From NCBI GenBank assembly GCA_002269645.1, contig NIVC01003718.1, forward strand, positions 1 to 64,000: DNA of 64,000 bases. Direction: 5' to 3'. This document shows positions 12,961 to 27,288 of this stretch, piece by piece. Both the position numbers and the translations under genes were made by a program. The notes beneath the pieces are model-generated. The model searched no databases. It saw only the letters and a list, made by a program, of their open reading frames with translations, and was not told the DNA's origin. Origin of the DNA: Macrostomum lignano. Taxonomy: Eukaryota. Every line of letters begins with the position of its first letter. The first letter of the stretch is position 1.

Positions 12961-13829
12961 TTTTGTTTCAATGCGAGAGGCCTTGGCAATAAGCAGAGCT
13001 TCAGCTTTAGCTTTTATTTATCGTCTATTGAAGATCGAAACCAACGAAGCGAGAGCGGCCGCGGCAATCAAATTTACAGCCTCGGGGAGGGAGCTGTGGA
13101 CGGTCGAGACCGGACTGGTTTAGGGGAGAGCCGAATTTTATGAGGGGGGGGGGGAAGAGGGAAGAGAATTGAAGACCACGAGTATAGCTACGCTAGAGCT
13201 AGGGAGAGAGAGAGCGCGAGGACTGGCTTGGGGGGGGGGGCAACACTGCGATGCCGGGCAAGAAAACGAGGTAAAGGGTTCTTCTGGGCTGAGGGAGAGA
13301 GGGTTGATTGACGTGTTTTGCTTTATCCTTACCGCTACTGCTGCTGCTGCTGAAGAACTGAAGAAGGGCTTCCTTCTTCCTCTTTTACTTCTTCAATTCT
13401 GGTTAAAAGGCGCAGTGGAGAAGACGTTGCTTCCCCCCCCCCCGATGGAGGTTAACGAACAGAAATCGAAAAGTGCAAAATCGTGTTTATTGCTCTGAAT
13501 GCCAGATGCTGGCGGCTCCAATCGATCACTTCAGTTAAATTCGGGCGCGCTTGAGCCTTTGGTGGCTCAGTAAAAATGCTTCAAGTGGCCATCAGTGCAG
13601 TGTAAAGTCCTCTGGTCTCTATCGTTTGAGAGGAGGCCTTAGAAAGCTTAAAGGCTTGCTAAAAGAGTTTAAGGGCTTGGCCTAGTCAGTTTATATACAC
13701 CGAGGCGGGCAGGCTTACTAACATTACTTTGCTATACATGCTAGCTCGTAGGCTGTAGGCTAAGGCTTTAGGTACACTATCGATTACCTGCTGAGCTGTC
13801 GTGCCATACGAGTATTGAACGACTACGAC

Positions 13830-14322
<493 letters not shown>

Positions 14323-14439
14323 AAGTACTCTTCTCATGGACAGAGGGTGAGAGAGATTATAGTAGAGAATTCATGAATAGATAAAAGCGAGTGGGTAAAA
14401 AGATATTATGGAGTGAGAGAAACAGAATCATAAAGAGAA

Positions 14440-15910
14440 AGAAAGACATAGAGAGAGAGAGACGTAGAGAGTCATAGAGACAAGGGGAGAGTCATAGAGA
14501 GGGAGTCATAAAGAGGGGAGAGTCATAGAGAGCGGTGTTGCGGAAAAGCGATCTCAGTGTACTTCTTTACTATACGTTCATCCATAACAATTGCTATTGA
14601 TCAGCTCTCCCTCTCTCCCTCTCAAAATGTACGAATGTACTTTGCTGCGTTAGCCCGCCTCTATGTGTACATTTAACCTTCAACTTAGCTACTCATACAA
14701 ATATCGCGGTCGGTGGCTTGGAGTGAAGTCACGTTTTTGTTTTCTTCGCATATCTTAAAGTTTGCAAACCACGAGTGATTCAGCAAATTCTCTACAGGGG
14801 GAGAGTCATAGAGAGGGGGAGAGTCATAGAGAGGGGGAGAGTCATAGAGAGGCGGAGAGTCATAGAGAAGGGGAGAGTCATAGAGAGAGGAGAGTCATAG
14901 AGAGGCGGAGAGTCATAGAGAGGGGGAGAGTCATGAGAGGGGGAGAGTCATAGAGAGGGGGAGAGTCATAGAGAGGGAGAGAGTCATGAGAGGGGGACAG
15001 TCATAGAAAGGGGAGAGTCATGAGAGGGGGAGAGTCATAGAGAGGCGGAGAGTCATGAGAGGGGGAGAGTCATGAGAGGGGGAGAGTCATAGAGAGGCGG
15101 AGAGTCATAAAGAGGGGGAGAGTCATGAGAGGGGGAGAGTCATGAGAGGGAGAGAGTCATAGAGAGGGAGAGAGTCATAGAGAGGGGAGAGTCATAGAGA
15201 GGGGGAGAGTCATAGAGAGGGGAGAGTCATAGAGAGGGCGAGAGTCATAGAGAGGGGGAGAGTCATAGAGAGGGAGAGAGTCATAGAGAGGGGGAGAGTC
15301 ATAGAGAGGGGAGAGTCATAGAGAGGGGGAGAGTCATAGAGAGGGGAGAGTCATAGAGAGGGCGAGAGTCATAGAGAGGGGGAGAGTCATAGAGAGGGGG
15401 AGAGTCATAGAGAGGGGGAGAGTCATAGAGAGGGGGAGAGTCATAGAGAGGGAGAGAGTCATAGAGAGGGGGAGAGTCATAGAGAGGGGGAGAGTCATAG
15501 AGAGGGGGAGAGTCATAGAGAGGGGGAGAGTCATAGAGAGGGGAGAGTCATAGAGAGGGGGAGAGTCATAGAGAGGGGGAGAGTCATAGAGAGGGAGAGA
15601 GTCATAGAGAGGGGGAGAGTCATAGAGAGGGGAGAGTCATAGAGAGGGGGAGAGTCATAGAGAGGGGAGAGTCATAGAGAGGGCGAGAGTCATAGAGAGG
15701 GGGAGAGTCATAGAGAGGGGAGAGTCATAGAGAGGGGGAGAGTCATAGAGAGGGGGAGAGTCATAGAGAGGGAGAGAGTCATAGAGAGGGGGAGAGTCAT
15801 AGAGAGGGGGAGAGTCATAGAGAGGGGAGAGTCATAGAGAGGGGAGAGTCATAGAGAGGGGCGGGTCATAGAGAGGGGGAGAGTCATAGAGAGGAGGAGA
15901 GTCATAGAGG
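14440..15910. repeat. 18-19-bp purine-rich minisatellite
   Basis: Unit gagagtcatagagagg(g)gg, interrupted by unique sequence at about 14535-14795. Confidence 0.95.
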
Positions 15911-17029
15911 GATAAAAAGCTACTCAACTAAACTCAACTCAATCCCTTCTCAAGGGATTTCAACCTGATTATTCATCTGAAACTTTGCTGATTAAATTAA
16001 ATAGGAATAAAATGAAAAATACTGCCTGCAAATTCACGCAGACCTTCAATCGTGAATCAAGAGCTTTCTATGAAATTCTCCCTGCATGTACTTCTCCTCC
16101 GGACGTATATAGTTTCTTAGTAGCTCTCGAAGTCAGAAATGATGAATTGAGCGGTTGATTCTGCACTCAACAGCCCTGCACAGTGACAGGTTATCTAAGC
16201 ACTGACGAACGGGGTTGATAAAGATAACTTGCATAGCGTATCAGTTTATACTCAAAGCTATATGCTGATTTATTGAGTTTACTAAGCTCACAGAAAAGAG
16301 TCTATACATGTTTGCGGTGCCCTAAGGAAGGTAAAATATTATTGAATTCTATTTTATGATACATTTCTATAGAATATGTGGTAGTAGATGTGGGCAGTCT
16401 ATATTTTATCTAGTGTATCAGAAGTGACTCAAATCTTCACAGTTAAAGTTGTTTAACAAAAGTCTTTTTAATTCGGGGTCAGCTAAGGTCAGCTGGGTGT
16501 TACAGGAGTATCCAAATATGGGTGGAAATTTACAGCAAAACATTTAACACACACAATAAAGCATGCAAGATCCGAACAGTAGTGAAATGAGGGTTGTAAA
16601 AAAATGAAATATCCACTGCAATACTGCTAGCCAAATAGTTAGCGGTACAGATGATTGCATTTATCATGCAAAGCTAGAATATCATTGGGCCATAGACTAA
16701 GTTTGCTAAGTTTTGCTCTCAGTCGAGTTTCTCAGTGAGAAATTTACGAGTTGCTATGGCCCACTTATCTTGGTTCAGCTTTAAATGTCCATTTTTTAGC
16801 TTAGCTAAAAAAGCCATTTTAGCTTGTATGGCTTAACTAAAGCCATACAAGAATAACTATACATTTCACTCACAGTAGCAAAATGAGCGTTTTTGGCCTT
16901 TATAATGATAAAATTTATTTAAGTTTTTTGAAGCTGCAACGATCGCTTCTGGCTCGTTTCTTTCTACAAGCAGACCAGGCCGATAAACAGTTTGGCTTTT
17001 CTCTTGCCCGCTTGTGGTCTGACTTTGAC

Positions 17030-17250
17030 CTCTTCCTTTACTGCTCTCTCATTGGCTGGGCTGGATTGGGCCTGCCCCCTAGGCGGAGTTTCGTCCGTCT
17101 GACTTCGCCCTCTCTCCTTACTGGTCTCTCATTGGCTGGGCTAGAGTGGGCCTTGCCCCTAGGCTGAGTCTCGTCCGTCTGACTTTGACTTCTCTCCTTA
17201 ACTGCTCTTTCATTGGCTGGGCTAGATTGGGCCTTGCGTAGGCTGAGGTT
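17030..17250. repeat. About three copies of an ~80-bp unit carrying CCAAT boxes
   Basis: ct(c/t)tcattggctgggct(g/a)ga..gggcc recurs at about 17047, 17125 and 17207. Confidence 0.75.
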
Positions 17251-17761
17251 CGTCCCTCTTGCGTTCACTTGTGCACGTCGAGTCAAATACTTATTGTTCA
17301 TTCTCAACCCCATATGTCCCCGAGGCCGCAAAAATCCAAAAGAAAGGAAATTTTAGCTGCCACATTAAATTTAGGTGACACTGCGCAGAAAAACAACTGA
17401 AAAAGAGTAGACCCTCTACTTTTTCATAACTAACATAGCGTGTTGACATACCCAGTTATTCTAGTATCGGTGGTTAGTAGTGTGTTTTGATTTTTAGCGA
17501 GTTCACTGGCGAAATCGAAAAAAAAACAGATTTTATGGCGGGTAAGACGGGGCAGCCGGTGAGGAGATGGTGAGGGAGGGCTAGACACGAATCAGAGATC
17601 TACGAATTAAAGAAATTTATTGTTTTATATATGCTTTAATCATGTGTGGACAAAGCAAAGGGGAGAGACCAAACAAGTTTCGAAAGGCTATAATTGTTAT
17701 TTTCTAAGGTTTTCATTGGGCTAAATTAATTAGGTCAGCATAGATTACGAGTTGAAAAAAT

Positions 17762-20700
17762 TCACTCAGTCGCTGTTAGCTCCAGAATGTCTTCGATCAA
17801 GAATTCAGCTTGGGCTTCAACGTCCAGGGCATCGGATTGGTCTTCGGTTGATTCCTGTTGCTTCTGTTCCGGTGCGTCTTCGAGATTCTGATTCGCTTCA
17901 TTTTTTACAGCTTCCGCTTCCGGTTCAGCAGGTTTCACTTCCGGTTCAGCTGGTTTCACTTCCGGTTCAGCTGGTTTCGCTTCCGGTTCGGCTGGTTTCG
18001 CTTCCGGTTCGGCTGGTTTCGCTTCCGGTTCAGTAGGTTTCGCTTCCGGTTCAGTAGGTTTCGCTTCCGGTTCAGCAGGTTTCACTTCCGGTTCGGCTGG
18101 TTTCGCTTCCGGTTCGGCTGGTTTCGCTTCCGGTTCAGTAGGTTTCGCTTCCGGTTCAGTAGGTTTCGCTTCCGGTTCAGCAGGTTTCACTTCCGGTTCG
18201 GCTGGTTTCGCTTCCGGTTCAGTAGGTTTCACTTCCGGTTCAGTAGGTTTCGCTTCCGGTTCAGTAGGTTTCGCTTCCGGTTCAGTAGGTTTCGCTTCCG
18301 GTTCGGCTGGTTTCGCTTCCGGTTCGGCTGGTTTCACTACCGGTTCGGCTGGTTTCACTACCGGTTCGGCTGGTTTCGCTTCCCGTTCGGCTGGTTTCGC
18401 TTCCGGTTCAGTAGGTTTCGTTTCGGGTTCAGCTGGTTTCGCTTCCGGTTCGGCTGGTTTCGCTTCCGGTTCGGCTGGTTTCGCTTCCGGTTCGGCTGGT
18501 TTCGCTTCCGGTTCAGCTGGTTTCGCTTCCGGTCCGACTGGTTTCGCTTCCGGTTCAGCTGGTTTCGCTTCCGGTTCCGATAGCTTGACTTCAGGTTCCG
18601 CCTTCTTGAATTCCTGTTCCGTCGCCACTGGCGGAGGTGGCGGCGCTTGTGGTTCGGGTGGCGGCACCTGTAGCTGAGGTGGCTGCACCTGCACCTGAGG
18701 TGGTTGCACCTGCGGCTGAGGTGGCTGCACCTGCACCTGAGGTGGCTGCACCTGCACCTGAGGTGGCTGCACCTGCACCTGAGGTGGCTGCACCTGCACC
18801 TGAGGTAGCTGCACCTGCACCTGAGGTGGCTGCACCTGCACCTGAGGTGGCTGCACCTGCACCTGAGGTGGCTGCACCTGCACCTGAGGTGGCTGCACCT
18901 GCACCTGAGGTGGCTGCACCTGCACCTGAGGTGGCTGCACCTGCACCTGAGGTGGCTGCACCTGCACCTGAGGTGGCTGCACCTGCACCTGAGGTGGCTG
19001 CACCTGCGGCTGTGACGCCTGCACTTGTGGTGGCGGTTGAGACTGCGCCACGCGCATCTGGTTTCCAGCATCTTCAGACACTATTTGCTGGTGCATCGCT
19101 ACCTGCATCTGCTGAGGCTGGGGTTGCGATTTCTGCTGCTGTTGCAGCTGCTTGATAGGGGATTCTAGCTTTGGGACAACTTGCTGATTCTGAGCAGGCA
19201 GCTGCTGTGACGGTTGCACATGCTGTTCCTGTAGACGAACCTGCTGTTGTTGAGGATGCATTTGTTGCTTCTGAGGACGAATCTGCTGTTGCTGCTGAGG
19301 CTGCATCTGCTGTTGCTGCTGAGGCTGCATCTGCTGTTGCTGAGGCTGCATCTGCTGTTGCTGCTGAGGCTGCATCTGCTGTTGCTGAGGACGAATCTGC
19401 TGTTGCTGCTGAGGCTGCATCTGCTGTTGCTGAGGCTGCATCTGCTGTTGCTGCTGAGGCTGCATCTGCTGTTGCTGAGGACGAATCTGCTGTTGCTGCT
19501 GAGGCTGCATCTGCTGTTGCTGCTGAGGCTGCATCTGCTGTTGCTGAGGACAAATCTGCTGTTGCTGCTGAGGACGAATCTGCTGTTGCTGCTGAGGACG
19601 AATCTGCTGTTGCTGCTGAGGCTGCATCTGCTGTTGCTGAGGCTGCATCTGCTGTTGCTGCTGAGGACGAATCTGCTGTTGCTGCTGAGGACGAATCTGC
19701 TGTTGCTGAGGCTGCATCTGCTGTTGCTGAGGCTGCATCTGCTGTTGCTGCTGAGGACGAATCTGCTGTTGCTGCTGAGGCTGCATCTGCTGCTGCTGAG
19801 GCTGCATCTGCTGTTGCTGCTGAGGACGAATCTGCTGTTGCTGCTGAGGACGAATCTGCTGTTGCTGCTGAGGACGAATCTGCTGTTGCTGAGGCTGCAT
19901 CTGCTGTTGCCGCTGAGGACGAATCTGTTGTTGCTGCTGAGGCTGCATCTGCTGTTGCTGAGGCTGCATCTGCTGTTGCTGAGGCTGCATCTGCTGTTGC
20001 TGCTGAGGCTGCATCTGCTGTTGCTGAGGACGAATCTGCTGTTGCTGCTGAGGCTGCATCTGCTGTTGCTGAGGCTGCATCTGCTGTTGCTGAGGCTGCA
20101 TCTGCTGTTGCTGCTGAGGCTGCATCTGCTGTTGCTGAGGACGAATCTGCTGTTGCTGCTGAGGCTGCATCTGCTGCTTCTGAGGCTGCTGCTGAGGCTG
20201 TTGCTGAGGCTGCTGCTGATGCTGTTGCTGAGGCTGCTGCTGAAGCTGTTGCTGATGCTGCGGAACCTGATTCTGCTGAGGTAGCCCGTGCTGCTGGGAT
20301 TCCAACATTCCTGCGTAATGCCCTCCTCGCAGGTTGGCCTGCACGTTGGTGTACATCAGCTCCGCTTGCTCAACCTCGGGATCACGGAACAGCCTCGCCT
20401 TCAGATCGGACTCTGTGAAATGAAGTCGCCAGTAGTTGAACGCCAGCTTCTGCGATTAAAATATAAAAAGATGAAACATTTTCGTACCCCGTTCAACGCG
20501 CAGAATGTCGGTCACTGACGGCTTCGGTCTATTGATTTTGCTCTCCAGTTCCTCCGATCGTTCCACCTTGCGCAGCTCCAATAGTCGCTTGAAGTTGGAC
20601 GCCTCTGTTAATAGGAAAACGAGGTTCTTTGCACTTTTTTGCAATTTGAGAGACGAACAAACACAGCTTTTCAGACGTATGATCATGACAAGCACATCTG

Positions 20701-23700
20701 CTTTTATGCAAGGGCTAAAACTTCTATGAATATCTTGCCAAAGTAAACCTGGGTCGGATTCCGTTAGAGCTTGTCATGCCATTCACGGCCACCGGAGGGC
20801 CATAACCCCAAGTGGTAATGTCAGGGCCGCTATGCACCCATGATGTGAGACAAACTAACTCACTCAGTAGACACTCATTTTCATGCATTTCAGGACAGAG
20901 ACTGAACAATATGATCCGAGCAACATCTCCCTGCAAGGCTGCTCACCCGGTTCCACGTGCTTCAGCTCAGGCCTAAAGTCTTCAACGGGCATGACTGTCA
21001 GAGTGGCTTCGGCGAAGATCTGGCCGAGAGGGTTGCGAGCGAGCACGCGCAACCGAGTGTCGCCGATGTCCTTGCAGCGCAGGATCTCAAAGTAGTTGAT
21101 CGAGCCATCGTGGTACACCTTGCAGTTCGAAGTCTGGAAGTTATTAAAATATTCGTTTGCGAGTGAATGTGAAAACAAACGAAAAATGGTAAAATCTGGT
21201 AGATTTATGCGCTTGAAAAGCAGCAACATAAGCAGTGCACAGTCACTTCAATTAAACAATAAGTTTTGCACCTGTTCTTACAGTAATTCTATACATTTTA
21301 CATTTACAACATTGAGTACTATAAACGAAATTCAATTTGGGTAAGCAACTCTAACACTGAAGCACACGACTATTTGGGCGTTCTACAATTCATATCTGTG
21401 ATAATAGTGCGAAAATACAATAAAGTCACCACTTAGCAAAGCGCTTTTCGCAGCTGATGGGGCAGGATGCATAATTAACAACAAAATTTGTCTAAATTTT
21501 CTTCCGTCGAACGCCTCTATTGAAGCTGAAGCTAGATTTTTTACAAAGCCGTGCGCTCCTTTTGCCGCTGCGACGCAAAAAAATCAATAGTTTATACTGA
21601 CTACTAGCAGTAGATTACTCGAATGTGCACACTAATGCAATATAAGCAGCCTTACATCGCTTGTGTCAATGTTATTGCTGACACTTTCAGTTTCATTAAC
21701 CTCGTCCGAGTCCTGTTAGGAAAAGTGGAGCTTGACAAGTTGGAAATGTATTGTGTAAGTTTATATAAAAAAATTTTATTCACACGAGGTAAAATTTAAA
21801 AGCAAAGGGAAACAGAAAAGTAATTAACACGACTGTGCAATCAAATTGAGCTGATGGACTTCATCAACGGCACAACCGAGTTCAGTGACATCAAAATTGT
21901 GACAGTTTCTATCACGTCAAGACAATTGCATTGAAATCGAAACAGTTGCATAAAAATCAAGACAGTTGCACCAATGTCAAGACAGTTGCACGAACGTCAA
22001 GACAGTTGCACCAATGTCAAGACAGTTGCACGAACGTCAAGACAGTTGCACCAATGTCAAGACAGTTACACCAATGTCAAGACAGTTGCACCAATATCAA
22101 GACAGTTGCACCAATGTCACGACAGTTGCACGAACGTCATGACAGTTGCACCATCAACGACACGACAGTTGCACCAACATCAAGCCAGTTGCATTAAAAT
22201 GAAGACAGTTGCGCCAAAATCAAGACAGTTGCACCAACGTCAAGACAGCTGCACCAACATCAAGAAATTTGCACCGACATCAAGACCGCCACAACTTTAA
22301 TCGAGCTATAAGTAACCACTTTCATCCAATAAAATTGTGACTGCGACCGTAGCTTAGAGACAGACACGGTGCCACGTGTTGGACACCTTTGCAGTCAAGA
22401 CACAAGACATAAGACACAAGATAAATCGTCATCTTTACGAAACTAATGGTACATAGTGAAAGATACAGCGGTTGCCATATTGTTTCAGATTCATCAAAGG
22501 TAAATAAGGCTGGTGATGCAGGTTAGGGTTATGGTACGGATTGTTGTTTGGTATTTCATAACGCGAACGATCATGTACATCATAGGTTTGTATTACGAGC
22601 AAAAATACATATGTAGTTTCAACTAGAAGAGCAAGACAGAAGTATCTTGTTGTGTCTCAAGCGATGAGTATAATGACAAGTAGCTATAGTATCATCTATT
22701 CAACGGTATGATAAAATCCAAGGGCTTACGGAAGCAATCATCTGCTCGTTAAGATACCAGGCCACTCGAGGCCTTGGCAAACCGCTGAGCTTCACCAGAA
22801 ACTTTGCCGGATAGCCTTCGCATACGGTTACGGACTCCGGCATGATGTCGAAGTGAGGCTGAGACTGCGGCTCAACAAATTCGCGGAATTGAAACTCCTC
22901 GGGTCCGATCGGAGCCCTGGAGGTTGCGGGTGTTTCATTTAAAGTGAATTTCGAGCGCGTTTGTACAGAATTTACAGATCTTTACGAGGGGAGAAAGTCT
23001 ATGCCACAGAAGAACTTTTACAATCTGAATGATTCCTACGTATTTAGACGCCAACCGAAGGACGTCCAGCAAATTTTTGGACTGTAAATTAGCCGCCCAG
23101 AAACTGTAACTCACTCTCTCCACTGTCGCTCAAGATCCTCTAGCCGTTGAAAGCCCTGTGCACCTCCGGGTAACTGCGTTCGCGTCACCACCGACTCGCT
23201 CGCGTGGCACAGTACGGCGACTCGGTTGCTTTCAACTGCGCCAGACCGATTGCGCACCACCGCCCAGTACTGGCCGGAGTCTTCGGCATAGCAGTGCCCG
23301 ATCTGCAACCAGGCAAGACCCCTCTCGCAGTCGGTGTGCACCCGCGAGCCCAGCGTCACCGCTTGGCCGTCCTTCAACCAGTCGACGCTCAGGTTGCCGT
23401 CTCTGGCCGGCTCAATCTGCAGTTTTGTGAGTTTTAATTTTACCAATCTGTTTTTAGTAAAGAAAGTGAGTAAAATTTCTGTGTTTCTACTCGCGACGGT
23501 AGTCTAAGACCACGTGATAAGATGCTAAAATAAAACTATCATTAGAAGAGATTCTACCATGGCTAAACGATAACCGAACGCTATACGCTCATTTTTCAAC
23601 GCTTTGAAATCGTTATTCAAGGCTACTAAAGATACGAACACATTAATGAGCCAATGTCTGCCTCCAAAACCACAGACAAAATCTATCATTATACCATAGA

Positions 23701-26700
23701 CGATACCATAGAACCATACCATACCATAGAACACAAAAACACCAACGATACGACAGCTACTCGTAGGCATGCGTTCCTTACCGAATTCCAGCTCATTTCT
23801 AAGAAAATCGTCCTTTTTTGACACTGTCGCAAATCAAGGCGCGGAGGCAAGCAGTTTAGCCAATTACACTGACACCTGAGCATTCTCACAGGTTGTATAG
23901 TGGGCCTAAACTTCTTATCATCAGGCATGTGTACACTGTGCCTCTGTGGTCGGCCCCCATGTGGTATTACTGTAAATGCGTAAGTCAGATGAAAAGCACG
24001 TCACCGCGCTCCAAATCGACCCCGGGAATTTCGCACGATGCGTCACCGCTGCCAAAAAGTGTCAACGTCCCTTACTTAAGTAGTTGAATCCTCACCTGCA
24101 GCTGCAGACCCAATCGTTCGCCCTCCTTGAGCTCCGGCGGCTGCACCAGACCCCTGACAATGACTGGCGGCGGTTGCTGCTGAGCATCAGCGCCAGGCAT
24201 CGCGGCTCGTCCAGTCGCCATCTCCTCCTCCAGCTGCATCAGACTGCGGATGCTGTGCTCCGCGTTGCCCGGCAACTGCGATGACGTCACCACGCCGGTG
24301 CCGCCGGGTTGGCAGACAAGTTGAGCAGCAGTGCTCTGTGCCTGGCCGTGCTCGCTCTCCAGCACGGCGCAGTACGTGCCGCTGTCCTCCGAGTTCACGT
24401 AGGCAAATTTTAGCCAAGCTAGCCCGAGTTCGAATCCTGCCGTGATTCGGGAGCCGAATTGGACCAGGACGCCGTCGCAAAACCAGTGCGCCTGCACCCG
24501 GTTACCGTTGCCGGGGTCGGCCCGGGCTGAGAACGCAGCAGGGGCCGCCGCCTCCGGCACCTGCAGCTGCGCTGGGCTTAGCGGGGCCAGGAAGCGTGGC
24601 GGGTCGGCGCGGCGAAGATCGGCGTCCATCCTGCGGGTGCGTGTTGCCAATCGGGTGCACAAAATGTTATCTTTCACTCACCATCAGCAATTTTTTACTC
24701 ATTATCTCTAGTATAGCTCATCGCTACACCCACCGATTGCTAATCGCTTCACCCACCGATTGCTCATCGCTTCACCCACCGATTGCTCATCGCTACACCC
24801 ACCGATTGCTCATCGCTGCACCCACCGATTGCTAATCGCTTCACCCACCGATTGCTAATCGCTTCACCCACCGATTGCTAATCGCTTCACCCACCGATTG
24901 CTCATCGCTACACCCACCGATTGCTCATCGCTTCACCCACCGATTGCTCATCGCTTCACCCACCGATTGCTCATCGCTTCACCCACCGATTGCTCATCGC
25001 TTCACCCACCGATTGCTCATCGCTTCATCCACCGATTGCTCATCGCTTCACCCACCGATTGTTTATCGCTTCATCCACCGATTGCTCATCGCTTCACCCA
25101 CCGATCGCTCGTCGCTTCACCCACCGATTGCTCATCGCTTCATCCACCGATTGCTCATCGCTACACCCACCGATTGCTCATCGCTACACCCACCGATTGC
25201 TCATCGCTTCATCCACCGATTGCTCATCGCTACACCCACCGATTGCTCATCGCTTCACCCACCGATTGCTCATTGCTACACCCACCGATTGCTCATCGCT
25301 ACACCCACCGATTGCTCATCGCTTCACCCACCTATTGCTCATCGCTACACCCACCGATCGCTCATCGCTACACCCACCGATCGCTCATCGCTACACCCAC
25401 CGATCGCTCATCGCTACACCCACCGTTCATTCCCCAACCAGGGCACTCACGGTCTGAACTCTTCCCCGTACTCCTCCAGTCGTTGAATGTTCATCACCGA
25501 GCTCGCTGGCAGAGCAGATGCGGTCACCACCCCAGCAGAGCCAGAGCAGCTGTGAATGATTGTTTTTTTGAACGATTTGACTCAAGTATTCGATGTTACT
25601 GCCACTAACTCGACTCCACTCATGACTCACCTCAGCTGAGCCGTGTTGCTCTGAGCCGAGCCGTGTTTATTCGTTGCCAAGCAACAATAGAGGCCACTGT
25701 CCTCCGGGTAGCAATAGATCATCTCCAGTGCCGTGTAGCCTCTATCGTACACTGCCCGAATTCTCGAGCCTAAAGTTACCGGGACTCCATTCTTATACCA
25801 TTCCACCTGGATGTTTGAGTCCGCCGCCGGCGTCACTCGGGTCTCGAATCGTACGCTGGAGTTCTCTGCGACCACCGCGCTATCAATCTGGCGGACAAAC
25901 TGAGGCGCCGATTGCGGGATTCGATCGTCATAGTCCTGGCGGGTGCTGCGGGCGCTCAGACGCTCGTCCAGACGGTCGATGTTGGCCACCATGGACTGCT
26001 CGGGCAACTGGGTGTCCGTCACAACGCCCTCCTCGGCTACGACCCTGGCAGTTTCGGTAAATTTGAGCATATTTTGAATTTCTCAGGCGTTGTGAAATCA
26101 GGGGTTTTCAGCTTGTGGATATTGGGGCCCAGGTTGTGAAAGTCAGACCTCGGCCTGGAACTCACGTCAGCGACATCGGGTTGCTCTGGTCCATACCGAA
26201 GCTGCTGCGCACCACGCAAGAGTACTCGCCGCTGTCCTCCGGGTAGGTGTGCAGGATGTCCAACGAAACGTAGCCACGTTCGAATGTCGTGTTCAATCGC
26301 GAGCCTGGGGGAGGGTCGAAGACAGACCGCCGGGTGCTTGACGGGCTGCTTACACAATATTTAACACAACATGCGTAGGTAATGCAAGTTTTTTAAAGTC
26401 TGTCGAATATCCAATTCGAAAGTAAATCAGATGACATCAGATATGGTATTCTCTGACCACGGTCGGGTTAAGACACAAGTTCAGCAGTCATTGTCAGTCA
26501 TTGTATCTTTTGTTTACTTGTCAGATGGTCTCTTCTAAATTCTATTTTGCATCTTATAAAATAAAAAACTCCGGTCTCTCCATCCGGCCCTCAGGACGGT
26601 TGAAACATCACAATAGCAATCCTGCCATGCAGCTAAGGGTTTGTGTCTCTTCTCAGCTCCTTTCTCTCATCTCTCCTCTTTTCTCTCATCTCTCTTCCTC

Positions 26701-27288
26701 TATTCCCTCCTCTTTCCACTCTTATCTGGCCTAGAGCCATTCTGTGCACTATTGAGAAAATTTTGCAAAATAAAAAAGGACAGGCATCGGCTCACCAGCA
26801 TTGAGTGGCAGGCCGTCCTTGCACCACTCAGCCTGCATCGAGCTGTCATTCAACGGAGCCACTCGACAGTCGATTCTAACTGCGGCGCCTTCGCTTACGC
26901 TGGCAGACGGCCGCGGCTGGCGCACAAACCTGGGTGCCTCGCCAACTGCACCTTGGCGATGCTGCTGCTGCTGCTGCTGCTGCTTCTCGTTGAAAGTAGC
27001 CGACCGACTGAGCTCGCCATTTATGTCGAATCCAGTTGGGGCCGGACTCAGCTGTTGCTGGTACTGCTGCGGCTGTTGCTGGTACTGCTGCGGCTGTTGC
27101 TGGTACTGCTGCGGCTGTTGCTGGTACTGCTGCGGCTGTTGCTGGTACTGCTGCGGCTGTTGCTGGTACTGCTGCAGCTGTTGCTGGTACTGCTGCGGCT
27201 GTTGCTGGTACTGCTGCGGCTGTTGCTGGTACTGCTGCGGCTGTTGCTGGTACTGCTGCGGCTGTTGCTGGTACTGCGGTGACTCCAT
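17762..27288 (-). CDS. Short kettin/titin-like muscle protein: 5 I-set Ig domains with kettin-type linkers, then Q-rich, PPQVQVQ and EPEAKPA (PEVK-like) repeats; 10 exons
   Basis: Exons on the minus strand: 27288-26796 (acceptor at 27346), 26304-26166, 26044-25631, 25549-25451, 24630-24096, 23416-23115, 22916-22730, 21133-20947, 20604-20488 and 20412-17762. All introns are GT..AG with consistent phases. Ig motifs include P.F...EG...(F/L)..(R/Q)V.P..D..+..EW.K.G.P...GSR and EDSG.Y.C; linkers include GVVTDTQLPE, GVVTSSQLPG and SVVTRTQLPG. The true N-terminus is uncertain. Confidence 0.85.
21905..22290. repeat. 20-bp intronic minisatellite
   Basis: Unit gacagttgcaccaatgtcaa (copies at 21961, 21981 and onward). 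Confidence 0.93.
24710..25425. repeat. 23-bp intronic minisatellite
   Basis: Unit cacccaccgattgctcatcgct(t/a); fills most of the intron 25450-24631. Confidence 0.95.

Noticed and set aside
17858-20418. Plus-strand ORFs rich in RF, AEAAS or LLLR
   Set aside because: They are antisense frames of the coding repeats in the Ig gene's last exon.
22757-22758. Apparent donor TG|GTATCT in Ig exon 7
   Set aside because: The frame continues as WYLNEQMIAS to a better donor (GTAAGC at 22729) that joins exon 8 in phase.
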